Assembly: GCA_965235115.1 (NCBI GenBank)
Contig: OZ249436.1
Location: 17,734,001 to 17,798,000 of the forward strand
Reading direction: 5' to 3'
DNA length: 64,000 bases
Origin: Laetmonice hystrix
Taxonomy: Eukaryota
The translations under genes and the position numbers were made by a program. Under the pieces are notes generated by a model. The model saw only the letters and a list, made by a program, of their open reading frames with translations. It did no database searches and was not told the DNA's origin. Positions 38,361-51,002 of the stretch are shown here, piece after piece (position 1 is the first letter of the stretch; each line of letters opens with the position of its first letter).

Positions 38361-39065
38361 TACAGGCCGGCTGACGCCTGTCAATACAGGCCAGCTGACG
38401 CCTGTCAATACAGGCCGGCTGACGCCTGTCAATACACGCCGGCTGACGCCTGTCAATACAGGCCGGCTGACGCCTGTCAATACAGGCCGGCTGACGCCTG
38501 TCAATACACGCCGGCTGACGCCTGTCAATACAGGCCAGCTGACGCCTGTCAATACAGGCCGGCTGACGCCTGTCAATACAGGCCGGCTGACGCCTGGCAA
38601 TACACGCCGGCTGACGCCTGGCAATACACGCCGCCTGACGCCTGGCAATACAGGCTGGCTCACGCCTGTCAATACACGCCGGTTGACGCCTGTCAATACA
38701 GACCGGCTGATGCCTGTCAATACACGCCGGCTGACGCCTGGCAATACACGCCGGCTGACGCCTGTCAATACACGCCGCCTGACGCCTGGCAATACACGCC
38801 GGCTGACGCCTGGCAATACACGCCGGCTGACGCCTGGCAATACACGCCGGCTGACGCCTGGCAATACACGCCGGCTGACGCCTGGCAATACACGCCTGGC
38901 AATACACGCCGACTGACGCCTGTCAATACAGGCTGGCTCACGCCTGTCAATACACGCCGGCTCACGCCTGACAATACACGCCGGCTCACGCCTGACAATA
39001 CACGCCGGCTCACGCCTGACAATACACGCCGGCTCACGCTGACAATACACGCCGGCTCATGCCTG
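38361..39065. repeat. Minisatellite, 24-bp unit, about 29 copies
   Basis: AATACA(G/C)GCCGGCT(G/C)ACGCCTG(T/G/A)C repeated. Confidence 0.95.
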
Positions 39066-39091
39066 AAATAGGTCTAGACCAATAATACAGT

Positions 39092-40125
39092 TCCCTTGGA
39101 GTGTAAAACCCTGGGTCAAACAGAAACTTTGGTCCCCTGGAGTGTAAAATCCTGGGTCATACAGAAACTTTGGTCCCCTTGGAGTGTGAAATCCTTGGTC
39201 GTACAGAAAGTTTAAACTTTGGTCCCCTGGAGTGTAAAACCCTGGGTCATATACAGAAACTGTGGTCCCCTTGGAGTGTAAAACCCTGGGTCATACAAAA
39301 ACTTTGGTCCCCTTGGAGTGTAAAATCCTGGGTCATACAGAAACTTTGGTCCCCTTGGAGTGTAAAATCCTGGGTCATACAGAAACTGTGGTCCCCTTGG
39401 AGTGTGAAATCCTTGGTCGTACAGAAAGTTTAAACTTTGGTCCCCTGGAGTGTAAAACCCTGGGTCATGCAGAAACTTTGGCCCCCTTGGAGTGTAAAAC
39501 CCTGGGTCACAAAGAGACTATGGTCCCCTGGAGTGTAAAACCCTGGGCCATACAGAAACGGTGGTCCCCTTAGAATGTAAAACCCTGGGTCATATACAGA
39601 AACTTTGGTCCCCTTGAAATGTAAAATCCTGGGTCATACAGAAACTTTGGTTCCCTTGGAGTGTAAAACCCTGGGTCATACAGAAACTTTGGTTCCCTTG
39701 GAGTGTAAAACCCTGGGCCATACAGAAACTGTGGTCCCCTTAGAATGTAAAACCCTGGGTCATATACAGAAACTTTGGTCCCCTTGGAGTGTAAAATCCT
39801 GGGTCATACAGAAACTGTGGTCCCCTTGGAGTGTAAACCCTGGGTCATTATACAGAAACGTTTGTCCCCTTGGAGTGTAAAACCCTGGGTCATACAGAAA
39901 CTTTGGTTCCCTTGGAGTGTAAACCCTGGGCCATACAGAAACTGTGGTCCCCTTGGAGTGTAAAACCCTGGGTCATATACAGAAACTTTGGTCCCCTTGA
40001 TATGTAAAACCCTGGGTCATATACAGAAACTTTGGTCCCCTTGAAATGTAAAACCCTGGGTCATATGCAAAAACTTTGGTCCCCTTGGAGTGTAAACCCT
40101 GGGTCATACAGAAACTGTGGTCCCT
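39092..40125. repeat. Minisatellite, about 42-bp unit, about 24 copies
   Basis: GGTCCCCTTGGAGTGTAAAACCCTGGGTCATACAGAAACTTT repeated. Confidence 0.95.
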
Positions 40126-41282
40126 GTGTGGACTCTGTTTACACAATATGTATGATATTATCCGTAAAATGTCAGTAGCCTTGATGATTTATATAGCGTG
40201 TGCCTGTGTACGATCACCGTCGTTCATGCCGGGTTATTAGGAAGTACTCTTGTAATTATTTTCATTTGTCGGCTGGCCTCCGACGTCGTTAGGATGTGGT
40301 CGATTGTTCCAATTAAGGGATTGTTTCTCTCGGATTGCCTCCGTCCCAGCCACCTTCGATTGCTGCCACAAGAACCGCGGCCGTCGCCAGTCACTGCCCA
40401 TACGAATCGGTCAAATCCAATTTGGTTGCACAACGTTTTCCGGTCAGTTGGCCGCCATTGCCACCGAAACCGACCCGATTTAGTGACATTTTCCTAACCT
40501 TGCAGCCGCAGGGCCCGGGTTATAGGAAACGGCCATATTAGCCGGTGTTCATTTTTGTAACATTCTCCGGACAAAACATAATATTTGTCTTGCCATCAGC
40601 CTCGGTGTGGAGAGCGCGGATAGAGGGCGCTGCGGGCAGCCGAGGGCCGTCGGTGTTTGTTCAGGGCGAACGCCACAAGCACGGAACGTGAAAGTCGCCG
40701 ACGTAGCGTCTACAAATGACTACTACACACATGGCCGTCAATGAGGGACGCGGGGTACGTCGACTTGTGTGTGCGCTTGCCTGCGTTCGGCAGGATTCGG
40801 TTTGAGCGCATCCTGAAGGTTTCCATTCTAAAACAGTCGGACCTTGATTAAAGTATACGGATGTGTACTGAAGACATTAGTACTCATTCAGGCGTGGTCG
40901 GTAGGATTAGAGAAGATCTATAGATACTGGAGGAGGCGTACCGACGTCGAGGTCTCGTTCACAGGGGAGGGGAACTGTTGGCGTGAAGCCAGACCGCTTC
41001 AAGGATGGAGGAGCCTTAAAGAGGCCATTTCACGTTGTACAACCTTCTCTTAACGGCCACCATTGTAACTCGGCTCAGATGAGAACTTCAAGCACGAGCA
41101 GCCAGCACGCACAGCAGTGCCGCAAATATTTGACAACGTAGGAAAGGCAGGGAGGGTGAGAGGGCGGCAGAGAGTGTCCAAAAATAGGGTTTTCTCACAA
41201 AACATGGCTTAATTCTAAGCCACTTGTAGATCGCCTAATCTCTGGCAGAACAGTCGACCCCACCGAGCCCTAACTCCGAAAA

Positions 41283-41690
41283 GCCCTACTACTGACTAAC
41301 ACGCAGGCCCTACTAACACTGGCAGGCCCTACTACTGACTAACACGCAGGCCCTACTAACACTGGCAGGCCCTACTACTGACTAACACTGGTAGGCCCTA
41401 CTACTGACTAACACTAGCAGGCCCTACTACTGACTAACACTGGTGGCCCTACTACTGACTAACACTGGCAGGCCCTACTACTGACTAACACTGGCAGGCC
41501 CTACTACTGACTAACACTGGCAGGCCATATTATTCACTAACACTGGCAGGCCCTACTACTGACTAACACTGGCAGGCCCTATTATTCACTAACACTAGCA
41601 GGCCCTACTACTGACTAACACTGGTAGGCCCTACTACTGACTAACACTGGCAGGCCCTATACTAATGACTAACACTGGTAGGCCCGACTA
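41283..41690. repeat. Minisatellite, about 26-bp unit
   Basis: GGCCCTACTACTGACTAACACTGGCA repeated. Confidence 0.92.
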
Positions 41691-41791
41691 TACTTAATAT
41701 CTACAGTACATACTAAGAAAGTTTGAAACAAGGTTTCTCGTTGCTTCTCTTTGAACTGCTCTAAACTATGGCGTTGCCTGGGTTGCGGCAC

Positions 41792-42282
41792 CCGATACGC
41801 ATCTTGTCTCCTTCTTCAAGAAGAGATAAATATTTTGGTCTCTCCTTCTTCAAGAAGAGAGTTTTCACCCAGCATGCCTAGTGGTGGGCGCAATAGGTGA
41901 AGAATTCCTTTTTCAAATAAAGGCCACCTTTACAACATGTCCATGCCCTGGTACGACGCAGTGGTTATTTTGCCGGCATTCTGGCAAAACCATAGACCTA
42001 CACTGAATATCTACGTCTATGGGCAAAATATTAGTAAGTAAACTAATTATCGACACGAAACAGATATATGTTTGGGTTAGGGTTAAAGTTAGGCCTAGGG
42101 TTAGTGTTAGTTTAGTCTCAAATTGGTTGTTAAAGCTAATTATAGATAACCCGCTATTTTGCTGAAAGCCATCATCCAATAGGAATCCAGTATTGCAGTC
42201 ACATGACTGGTGGGTCTCAATTGAAGAAGGAATTCTCCACCTAAGGTTCTCTTCTTGAAGAAGGGGGAAACATGCGTATCGG
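41792..42282. mobile_element. About 490-bp non-autonomous element with about 35-bp imperfect inverted repeats and an internal GGTTAG tract
   Basis: CCGATACGCATCTTGTCTCCTTCTTCAAGAAGAGA at 41792 versus TCTCTTCTTGAAGAAGGGGGAAACATGCGTATCGG ending 42282; telomere-like GGGTTAGGGTTA at about 42074-42112. Confidence 0.65.
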
Positions 42283-43443
42283 CTGGTTCCCACATAATAC
42301 GCCCCCCCCCCCAATACAGTTGTGACGTCACAAAACGTCGGTTCATGGCTGCGTTCGGAGAGCAAGACGTTATCAAACGTGCCTCACGGTCGCACGGTCC
42401 ACCATTCTAAACGATGCGCGTTCTGTTGCTTCCCCTTACTTTCTACCTAGGCCCCTATGTAGACCGAACCTTTGCATGACATGCAGAACTGTCAAACGTC
42501 AAGGTGTCGTTCCCGGACCTTGCATGCAGCAGGGCGCTGAACAAACACAGTTATGACTATGTTACGGTCCAATGACGACGTCCTTTGAGTGGATATTAAC
42601 TCGTTATTGATATTCGACTATCCATATCCAAATACCAGGGCATGGCCGTGTCATGTCCGCCTTTAATGGCTTTCCTCTGTGTCCATTTGGCTGCTCGAAG
42701 ATTGGGGTTCGCCCACTTGTTCAAACTCTGCCAGCCGCCGCTCCGAGTCGGCGGCCACTTTCAAGTGGCCCTCAGGGTTGAGGCCCTGTGTCTTTGAACC
42801 GCGTCCGGAAGCCGTTATCGCCGGTTCCCACAGATCCAAGGGTCAATTTGTCTTGGCTACTCGGGCTTGGATCCCGCCGACCGGGTTAATTGAGGATGTA
42901 TTATTGCAAGGCTAACTAGGACGGTGGGCCTGTCATTTGGAGAAACGTCTCCTCCGGGCCTCGTGGGTCTCCTGCATGTAAAGGAATCGAGGCACATGAT
43001 CAAGTAATATATAATACGGATCAAATCTATGGTACCAAATGGGGGCGTTTGGTTGTAACGTCATTGGGCTTAAAGAGGTTTACTGTGCCTAGTCATCCTG
43101 CCTCACTAAATAATGGTGACGAGTTGAGTTGGCAGACCTACCTTTCTATCACATGTGTGTGTTATATAGGGTAGAGTTATAAACTGAAGCGAAATGAACC
43201 TCCCTTGAATAAAGCAAAATTTCATAAATTAAACACAGACTTTCAGTCTGACACCTCTCATGGGCAGCTCAGTGACGATCTTGTGGAAACCCGAGGAGAG
43301 ACTCAGGCAGACAGATAGACAGACAGACGGACAGAGAGAGACTGAGACAGCGCTAGACGGATGGACAGAGAGACTGAGACAAACAAATGGACACAGAGGC
43401 AGAGAACTGGATTCAAAAGTATGGCAGGGCTCTGACTTTTGTT

Positions 43444-44530
43444 TGTATCAGGTACCCGTGCCGTGTATCAGGCACCCGTGCCGTGTATCAGGCAGGCACC
43501 CCGTGCCGTGTATCAGGCAGGCACCCCGTGCCGTGTATCAGGCAGGCACCCCGTGCCGTGTATCAGGCAGGCACCCCGTGCCGTGTATCAGGCAGGCACC
43601 CCGTGCCGTGTATCAGACACCCGGTGCCGTGTATCAGGCACCCCGTGCCGTGTATCAGGTACCCGTGCCGTGTATCAGGTACCCGTGCCGTGTATCAGGT
43701 ACCCGTGCCGTGTATCAGGCACCCGTGCCGTGTATCAGACACCCCGTGCCGTGTATCAGGCACCCCGTGCCGTGTATCGGGCACCCCGTGCCGTGTATCA
43801 GGCAGGCACCCGGTGCCGTGTATCAGACACCCCGTGCCGTGTATCAGGCACCCCGTGCCGTGTATCGGGCACCCCGTGCCGTGTATCAGGCACCCCGTGC
43901 CGTGTATCAGGCACCCCGTGCCGTGTATCAGGCAGGAACCCCGTGCCGTGTATCAGGCAGGAACCCCGTGCCGTGTATCAGGCAGGAACCCCGTGCCGTG
44001 TATCAGGCAGGCACCCCGTGCCGTGTATCAGGCAGGCACCCCGTGCCGTGTATCAGGCACCCCGTGCCGTGTATCAGGCACCCGGTGCCGTGTATCAGGC
44101 ACCCCGTGCCGTGTATCAGGCACCCCGTGCCGTGTATCAGACACCCGGTGCCGTGTATCAGGCAGGCACCCCGTGCCGTGTATCAGACACCCCGTGCCGT
44201 GTATCAGGCAGGCACCCCGTGCCGTGTATCGGGCACCCCGTGCCGTGTATCAGGCAGGCACCCCGTGCCGTGTATCAGACACCCCGTGCCGTGTATCAGG
44301 CAGGCACCCCGTGCCGTGTATCAGGCAGGCACCCCGTGCCGTGTATCAGGCACCCGGTGCCGTGTATCAGGTACCCGTGCCGTGTATCAGGTACCCGTGC
44401 CGTGTATCAGGTACCCGTGCCGTGTATCAGGTACCCGTGCCGTGTATGCAGGCAGACACCCCGTGCCGTGTATCAGGCACCCCGTGCCGTGTATCAGGCA
44501 CCCCGTGCCGTGTATCAGGTACCCGTACCG
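43444..44530. repeat. Minisatellite with interspersed 20/21/25-bp variants
   Basis: CCCGTGCCGTGTATCAGG(CAGG)CAC repeated about 48 times. Confidence 0.95.
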
Positions 44531-44884
44531 TCCACAGGCCGGCAGTCCCCGTGAGGACAGACCGTGGTATAAAAGGCCGTATCGAGCCGTGGCCAAACTC
44601 CCAGGAGCCGCTCTCACATGATAAATGATATTCATACGCTACTTTGATTCTCCAGCATGCCGGAGTCGGTGGCCGTCGGCAGTGCCGGCCTGGTCCCAGC
44701 CCCTATCTCTGCCCGTCTCGTATTCATCCCCCAAATCCTCAGATTACGTCCTCCGTCAGAGGATTTCTGTGTGCGCCCTGCCTGCTATTGAACCGGTTTC
44801 GGCAGCTTACGTACTCTTATTGGCCATGACGTGTTTGAGAGTTGTTTTTATCCTCCATCTTAGTGTGTGCGGCCCGGCCCTCTA

Positions 44885-44978
44885 CCGGCCACTGGTCCGG
44901 TGCTGGCCGGCCACTGGCCCGGTGCTGGCCGGCCACTGGTCCGGTGCTGGCCCGGCGCTGGCCCGGCGCTGGTCCACT
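44885..44978. repeat. GC-rich 11/22-bp tandem repeat
   Basis: CCGGCCACTGGTCCGGTGCTGG repeated. Confidence 0.8.
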
Positions 44979-47900
44979 GATGGCGTCCTGAGCATGCTGA
45001 TGTCCGACCTCCGCTCCCAAGGCCGTAGTAATTGTGCCGACCAATTTTTGACACAGGACCCCATCGAACAGGCTTGGTTGGCTCAGCACACAATCATCTC
45101 AGATCGCCTGTATAAACTTCCCACGAGCAAGCCCCTTCCAATCCTGCCATTCTGCATAGAGTTTATTGAAGGACAGAATGTACGTGTATATTCGCATTAC
45201 TTCGGTCATCCTCTGATCCCCCTCTCTCAGCCCAGGCCATGCAGTGTAATGATGTCAGATGCTATCACAACGCCCCAGATAACTGTAGGCCCTGTAAACG
45301 GGGGATTAACCTTACCCAGTGGTACGTTTTCCGATATACGACATAATGAAAGCTATATACAAGAACTCGTATACAGAGAGCAGAGTTTATAAACGTGATC
45401 CCAAACTTCTCCCCGACTTTGCTCTTTGACTGAAGTGCAGTTCTCACTTGATGTACTTGAAGTGCGAGGTGATTCACACGGTACTATCGACTGGTAGAAC
45501 CTTTGCTGTGACCTTCCTGCACCTAAAACACGCAGTGCTGGTTATTTCACGTTTGATGAATCTGGTGAACCATGGTCTGTTTATCAAACACACACCCGTG
45601 ATGTAGGCAAGCAAGTAGTACATGAAAACAACGGTTTGTAGCAGACTGTCTGCAGAATGCCATTACAAACCAAAGGAACAACGGTTGGTATCTCTGTCTC
45701 TGTCTACATTATAAACGAAAAGAACACATTAGCGAGACTCGGTCTCTGAGTGCGACATGCGGGCCCGGTTGTGGATGAAAGACGAGAAGTTTTGTTACAA
45801 GAAGAATAACCAACAGCAATGAGGCTGATGGTCCGGTGTCGTAATTTACGTCGACAAAACCCTGCCCAGACATCACATTGGACGAGCGTCGCTCGAGGCG
45901 CGCAGACGACATCATTCTCCACGCAAGTGTACTAACACGGTGCATTGTTTTACAGTCAACCGTCCTGCTCGACTTCCGGCAAGTATTTGTGAACTACTGG
46001 ATTCATACTTCAGAACCTCAGCCGTTAGATCCGCTGCTGCCATGACAGTTCTCCTCGAATAACGTGACAATTTTGTTTGTCTGTCACTGACAGAACCATA
46101 ATTCTCTTTTCCTGGAGTCATTGAAGCGTGAAGGGTCCGTTCGATAGGACCTGGCTCTGACCGACATCCTAGTGTTGGCGTGCCGCAAGGAGGGACAGTT
46201 CATTTACTGCCGGCCTGTCAATCGTTACTCGACACCGAGGTCAGCCATTTCATTGACAGTTTGTCAACCACGACGGATGGGAGAAACGCGAGAGATCACT
46301 GAAAACTGTGACATAAAAAATAGTACCACATGTTCTAACTGACCGTCCGACTGACCGCGGTCAGGAGCTGGGGGGGGGAGAGAAAGGAGAACGCGTAGTT
46401 TACATCGCGACCACGGGAATCAGGGACCAGCATCCTTCCATGAGTACAGCCAGCATACGGTCCCAAACACCTCGGGGGGGTGGGGGGTGGGGGGTGGCGG
46501 GTGAGCGTGTGAAACCATGGTAACAGGGGATGTAGGCTATATAATACAGGCGGAGGCATAGGAGGCAAAAACAAATCACATGACTGAAAATGTACCATGC
46601 ATTATTATTAATCGGCCCAAGAGGTTAATATTGGGGCGGGTCAAAACATAATCTACCTCCCCCCCTTACTCTTTAAATTTATTGGGGAGCAATGCCCCCC
46701 CCCCCTCTTCCCTACGTCACTGACTGATTATTGCACCAGACTGAATGAAGTCACCATTCACGGTGATTGTATGGGTATTAAGGGAGTGTTTGAAGAAGGA
46801 ACGACTCGTACGTTTGAAATGCAGACCGTACATCAAGATCTGATAATCTGTGGTTCTCTCATGCACAATGTAACATTTACAGACATTACAGACAGATTAC
46901 AGACAGTTTACAGACGGTGATCGTTTCTACACCCTGCTAGCCCCCCCCCCCCCCCCATCATCCCGGCGAGCTGTCACGGCGCCCGAGCACATCTTGTTGC
47001 CTCATCCCGCGTCGTCTGGACTCTAATTGGCTCCTTACAGCAGACGACATCAGACTCACGACCCGTGGTCGCCCGCCAAACAGAGCTGGCGACGTAAAAC
47101 CCAATAAACACATATCTTCATTACCGCTGACACGATGTTTACACAAGCCACCTGGGGGCGGGGGGTGTCCCGAATCATGGATTGCAGGAACACGATTGAT
47201 ATCCACCTTGTTTAGTGTTGGAGGGCGCGGCCATTGCCGGCCAGACGACCAGGGGCGAGACGCCATTGATCAGAGCGCCACCTAACGGTTACTCCTCACG
47301 GTCCGTCTCTCCTTCTCATTGCTCACTCGACCATGACGCCTCACTCTCCTGTCTGTCTCGCCTGGCTGGCCAGTTTACGCTTTATTTTCGCCGTATTTGA
47401 AGAAGATTGCTTCAAAATTTACACGAACTGGCTCGGAATGTGACAAGCCAGCGAGCCGTCGATGCTATCACGGCCGTGGACGCCGACTTCCAGGGACGCT
47501 GCCCACCCGCGCGTTCCTGCGACGCTTGACCCGCTCCTTGGGCGTTCCTCAACCAGGCGTTTTGCCACACAAGAGGGGACAAATTCATATTGCCGTGCCA
47601 TTAATGTAGTCGTTACCACTCTGTGCATGGCGTCCACGCCAGACGGAACGAACGCGTCTTAATGTGAGGCCATAGCTCCAACCAGTGGATCAGTGGGGGG
47701 GGGGGGGGGGGGTAGGAGGGGGGGGGGTCAATTCTTGGACCAGACCAATCATGTCTAAGTAACAACTAACCCTGCTCTAGCAGCACACACGTCTCGGTCA
47801 GTGGCTCGTGGAGCACAAAGCCTGTGCAGTCGGGGCCATAACCTTATATTTAGTAGCGGTGTAAGATTAGCGTGTTGAACTGGCGCCAAATTAAGGACTT

Positions 47901-48179
47901 TGTTAATTGATTAGTATGGCACTCTGCCGGCTCGTCTGTTATATGACATAGCTGCAGTCGGGGGGGGGGGGGCATCAGCCATCTGATGCGGTAACAAAGG
48001 GCATTCATGAGTTGTATACGGATGGCACAGAGAGGTGTACATGTATATATGGGGGTATACAGGGGTGATTGTTTGAAGGGGAGAGGGTGTTGATGGGGTA
48101 AAGGCAAATACCCTGGAACAGTAGGGAAGTTTTGGGATGTATACAGGGTTATTTACAGGCGTATAGACGGTCTATATTG

Positions 48180-48620
48180 GATGGAGGGGTGGTTACTGGG
48201 GTGGTGGGTCTTTATGTGGTGGAGGGATGGTTACTGGACAGGGGGTATTTATGCGATAGAAGATGGTTACTGGGTGGATGGTGTTTATGTGATGGAGGAT
48301 GGTTAATTGGGTAGAGGGTATTTATGCGGTGGAGAAATGGTTACTGGTGTAGAGAGTATTTATGTTGTAGGCCTATAGAGGGATGGTTACTGGATATAGG
48401 GTATAAATGTGGTGGAGGATGGTTACTGGATAGAGCATTTCTGTGGTGGAGGATGGTTACTGGGTATAGGGTATTATGTGGTGGAGGATGGTTACTGGGT
48501 ATAGGGTATTTATGTGGTGGAGGATGGTTACTGGATAGAGGATATTTATGTGGTGGATGGTTACTGGATAGAGGGTATTTATGGGGTGGAGGGATGGTTA
48601 CTGGATTGAGGGTATCTATA
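48180..48620. repeat. Degenerate minisatellite, about 36-bp unit
   Basis: GGATGGTTACTGGATAGAGGGTATTTATGTGGTGGA-like units. Confidence 0.88.
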
Positions 48621-50512
48621 ATATTGGGTGGTATACTGGTGTCGATCAATGCGGTGGAGGAGCGGCCATGCAGTTGGTTAGAGGGGGTTTCTATAGGTTG
48701 GATGGGTGTTTAGTTCGCCTATAACCACTCAGACTTTGGTCATTACTTATTAAATAAACACCCGCCAGCCCACTCTACATTTAAAAGTGTTTACGCGCTT
48801 ACCTATATAGGCCTGAATGACCTGGCTGGAACCCGGCCTAAATGTAGACTACATCTCATACTTAGGCCTACTCCACTCCCTCTAGACTTATGTCCCGGCC
48901 AGGATACGCCTTAATATACTCCCACCCTCTCGTCTAGGGCCGTACCCAGCGGGGGGGGGGGGGGGCGCCCCCAGCACCCCCCAGCAGGTGCCCTTTTAAT
49001 GTTTCTCTAGGGCTTATTGCATGCATGCCTACACAGGCCTAGGCCATATAGGGTAGATCTATTTTTATTAAACCTGTGCCTTTTCTTTTATAGCCACTTT
49101 TCCTCCCATCACTGACACTCTCTAGACCCCCCCCCCCCCCCGGCCTTCCTGCTTTACCCCTCCCTCGTCTCACCCTTGATCAGGGTGAGATGGACGTGTA
49201 GGAAGGCCGGCCTGTCTATATGAAACTCGCTACTATCATTCGTGTTTTACGACCGGGTACCATGTTAAGTTAGTGTGTCCCATAGACGACAGATGGCGTA
49301 CGTGTATGAGGCTGGTGCTGTGGCCAACGGCTCACGGTGTGGACACGGACTGGTGTTCCAGAGATGCCTCCAGTGGCGGATCCAATGGGGGTTTGGGGGG
49401 TGGGGGGTCCCCCCCCCCGGCAAAATTGCGAACCCCCTTCATATTTCCCACGAAATTTGGTCTCCGACGGTTGCCCAGGACTGGTCAGCCCCCTCTATAT
49501 AACGGACCTAGCCTAAGAAGGTTAACAGGCGAGGCAGGGGTCTTAATTTTCATCGCCGTAGCGTAGGCCTAGATCTATTCTAGATTTATCTGTTGGACAT
49601 CAGGTCATTCAACAGATTGAAGACCAAATGACGTTGTTTAATCCACCCGGCCATTAGGCCCCCTATATCCGAGCCAAAGACTATAACCGTGAGAAAGATA
49701 ATTAGGCCTAGCCTAATCGTGGATGTGGGTAGGCCATAGTAGGCCTAAACATCGAACCCTAGATAGGCCTAACATTTTCAGACCTAGAGCTGGGGGGGGG
49801 GGGGTGTCGGGGGTTGAGCCTCCTGCTCAGAACCCTCTCTCTAAAGTCTCTTTTTATTAGGCCTAGGCCTAGGCCTATAGGCAAAGCCTAATCTTGATGC
49901 ACGCCTGAACAGGGCTGATGTGGGGCTTTGACTGCCACGTGCGTCGCCCCCCCCCCCCTTGCCCCTGCAAAAATCCCGCACACGCGCCTGCATGGGATTC
50001 ACGAGGGCTAGAGTCGAGGTCTATACTCTACCCTCGGTCCTCCAGATGCGGACCCAAATGACAGAAAATAGAACATTAAAAAAAGAAAGAAACCCCCAAA
50101 AAACAACAAACAAAAACTGTCCTTGCCTTGGACACAACGATCTGATCAAGAGATCAGTTTGCTCGAGCTATTGGTTTGCATTACGGCCAGCCGAGCGCCA
50201 GTCATAACAAAGCTATGTTCTATTTATAGTACATTGAAATCAATCGCCCATGTGAATCGGCACGCTGTCAGGGCTGCATTTCGATGTCTGGCTCGATCGT
50301 GAATATATCCAGCTACCTAGGTTTAGTCTGGTTATCGACCTAATACAACATTGCTGGATTATCTCTGTGGGTCAGGAAGCTTGTGGTTACCGACGAAATG
50401 TGGAGAAATACAGCGACGGTGTGATCAGACGAATAGACGCCCTGTGTGTGCGTCTGTTTAGGTTTTTGAATTCATGCCTTTGGTCGCGCACCTGTCTGTC
50501 TCTTGTGTTTGA

Positions 50513-50617
50513 CCCCGCCCATTCCCCGCGTCGACCAATCAGTCGCCGAGTCTCTGCATAAATTACGGGCGCCGTGATGCATTGTGGGTATAAATGACGT
50601 CACCCGGGCCATATTGG
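50513..50617 (+). promoter_or_regulatory. Putative mex3 core/proximal promoter
   Basis: GC box CCCCGCCC 50513-50520, CCAAT 50535-50539, TATAAA 50589-50594 directly followed by palindromic CRE TGACGTCA 50595-50602, inverted CCAAT (ATTGG) 50613-50617; all 145-250 bp upstream of the ATG. Confidence 0.6.
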
Positions 50618-50761
50618 ACAAACTATTGTGGGTCGAGGCACAGTTGAGCTGCAGCGCTGTGAGGTGCAGCAAGGCTGTATGCCAACGAAAGTCTAAACAG
50701 CGACATATTCTGCTTTATTTTTATATTGCGTATGATTTTGTAGTCTTCAACGTCCCTTGTG

Positions 50762-51002
50762 ATGCCAGCTAGTCTGCTCGAGGATATGAACTCGCACAGT
50801 GGGGGTCTAGAGGACCAGCGAGCGCTGCAGATAGCCCTGGAACTCTCGATGCTGGGGTTAAATCCAGAGGAGGAAGGCAGCTCTCCGCCCGCCCTAAATC
50901 CAAGCTTTGAAGATGGCCACAAACTGAAGAGGAGTGCAAATATGACGGAATGTGTTCCAGTGCCGAGTTCGGAACATGTAGCCGAGATCGTGGGAAGACA
51001 AG
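50762..51002 (+). CDS. mex3: mex3 coding exon 1 (N-terminus with leucine-rich NES-like segment and start of KH domain 1)
   Basis: ATG at 50762 opens [10 protein letters not shown]...[16 protein letters not shown]...[22 protein letters not shown]. The [20 protein letters not shown] motif is the hallmark start of MEX3 KH1. Donor CAAG|GTGGGT at 51002/51003 (phase 1). Confidence 0.95.

Noticed and set aside
38203..39963. Repeat ORFs in the 24-bp and 42-bp arrays
   Set aside because: Tandem-repeat artefacts with frame-breaking variants.
43260..44628. Three overlapping 371-453-aa ORFs
   Set aside because: All three frames are open because of the 20/21/25-bp tandem repeat; peptides cycle between frames.
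44625..45392. 255-aa ORF
   Set aside because: Partly built from an 11/22-bp repeat and no recognisable domain; cannot support as coding without a homology search.
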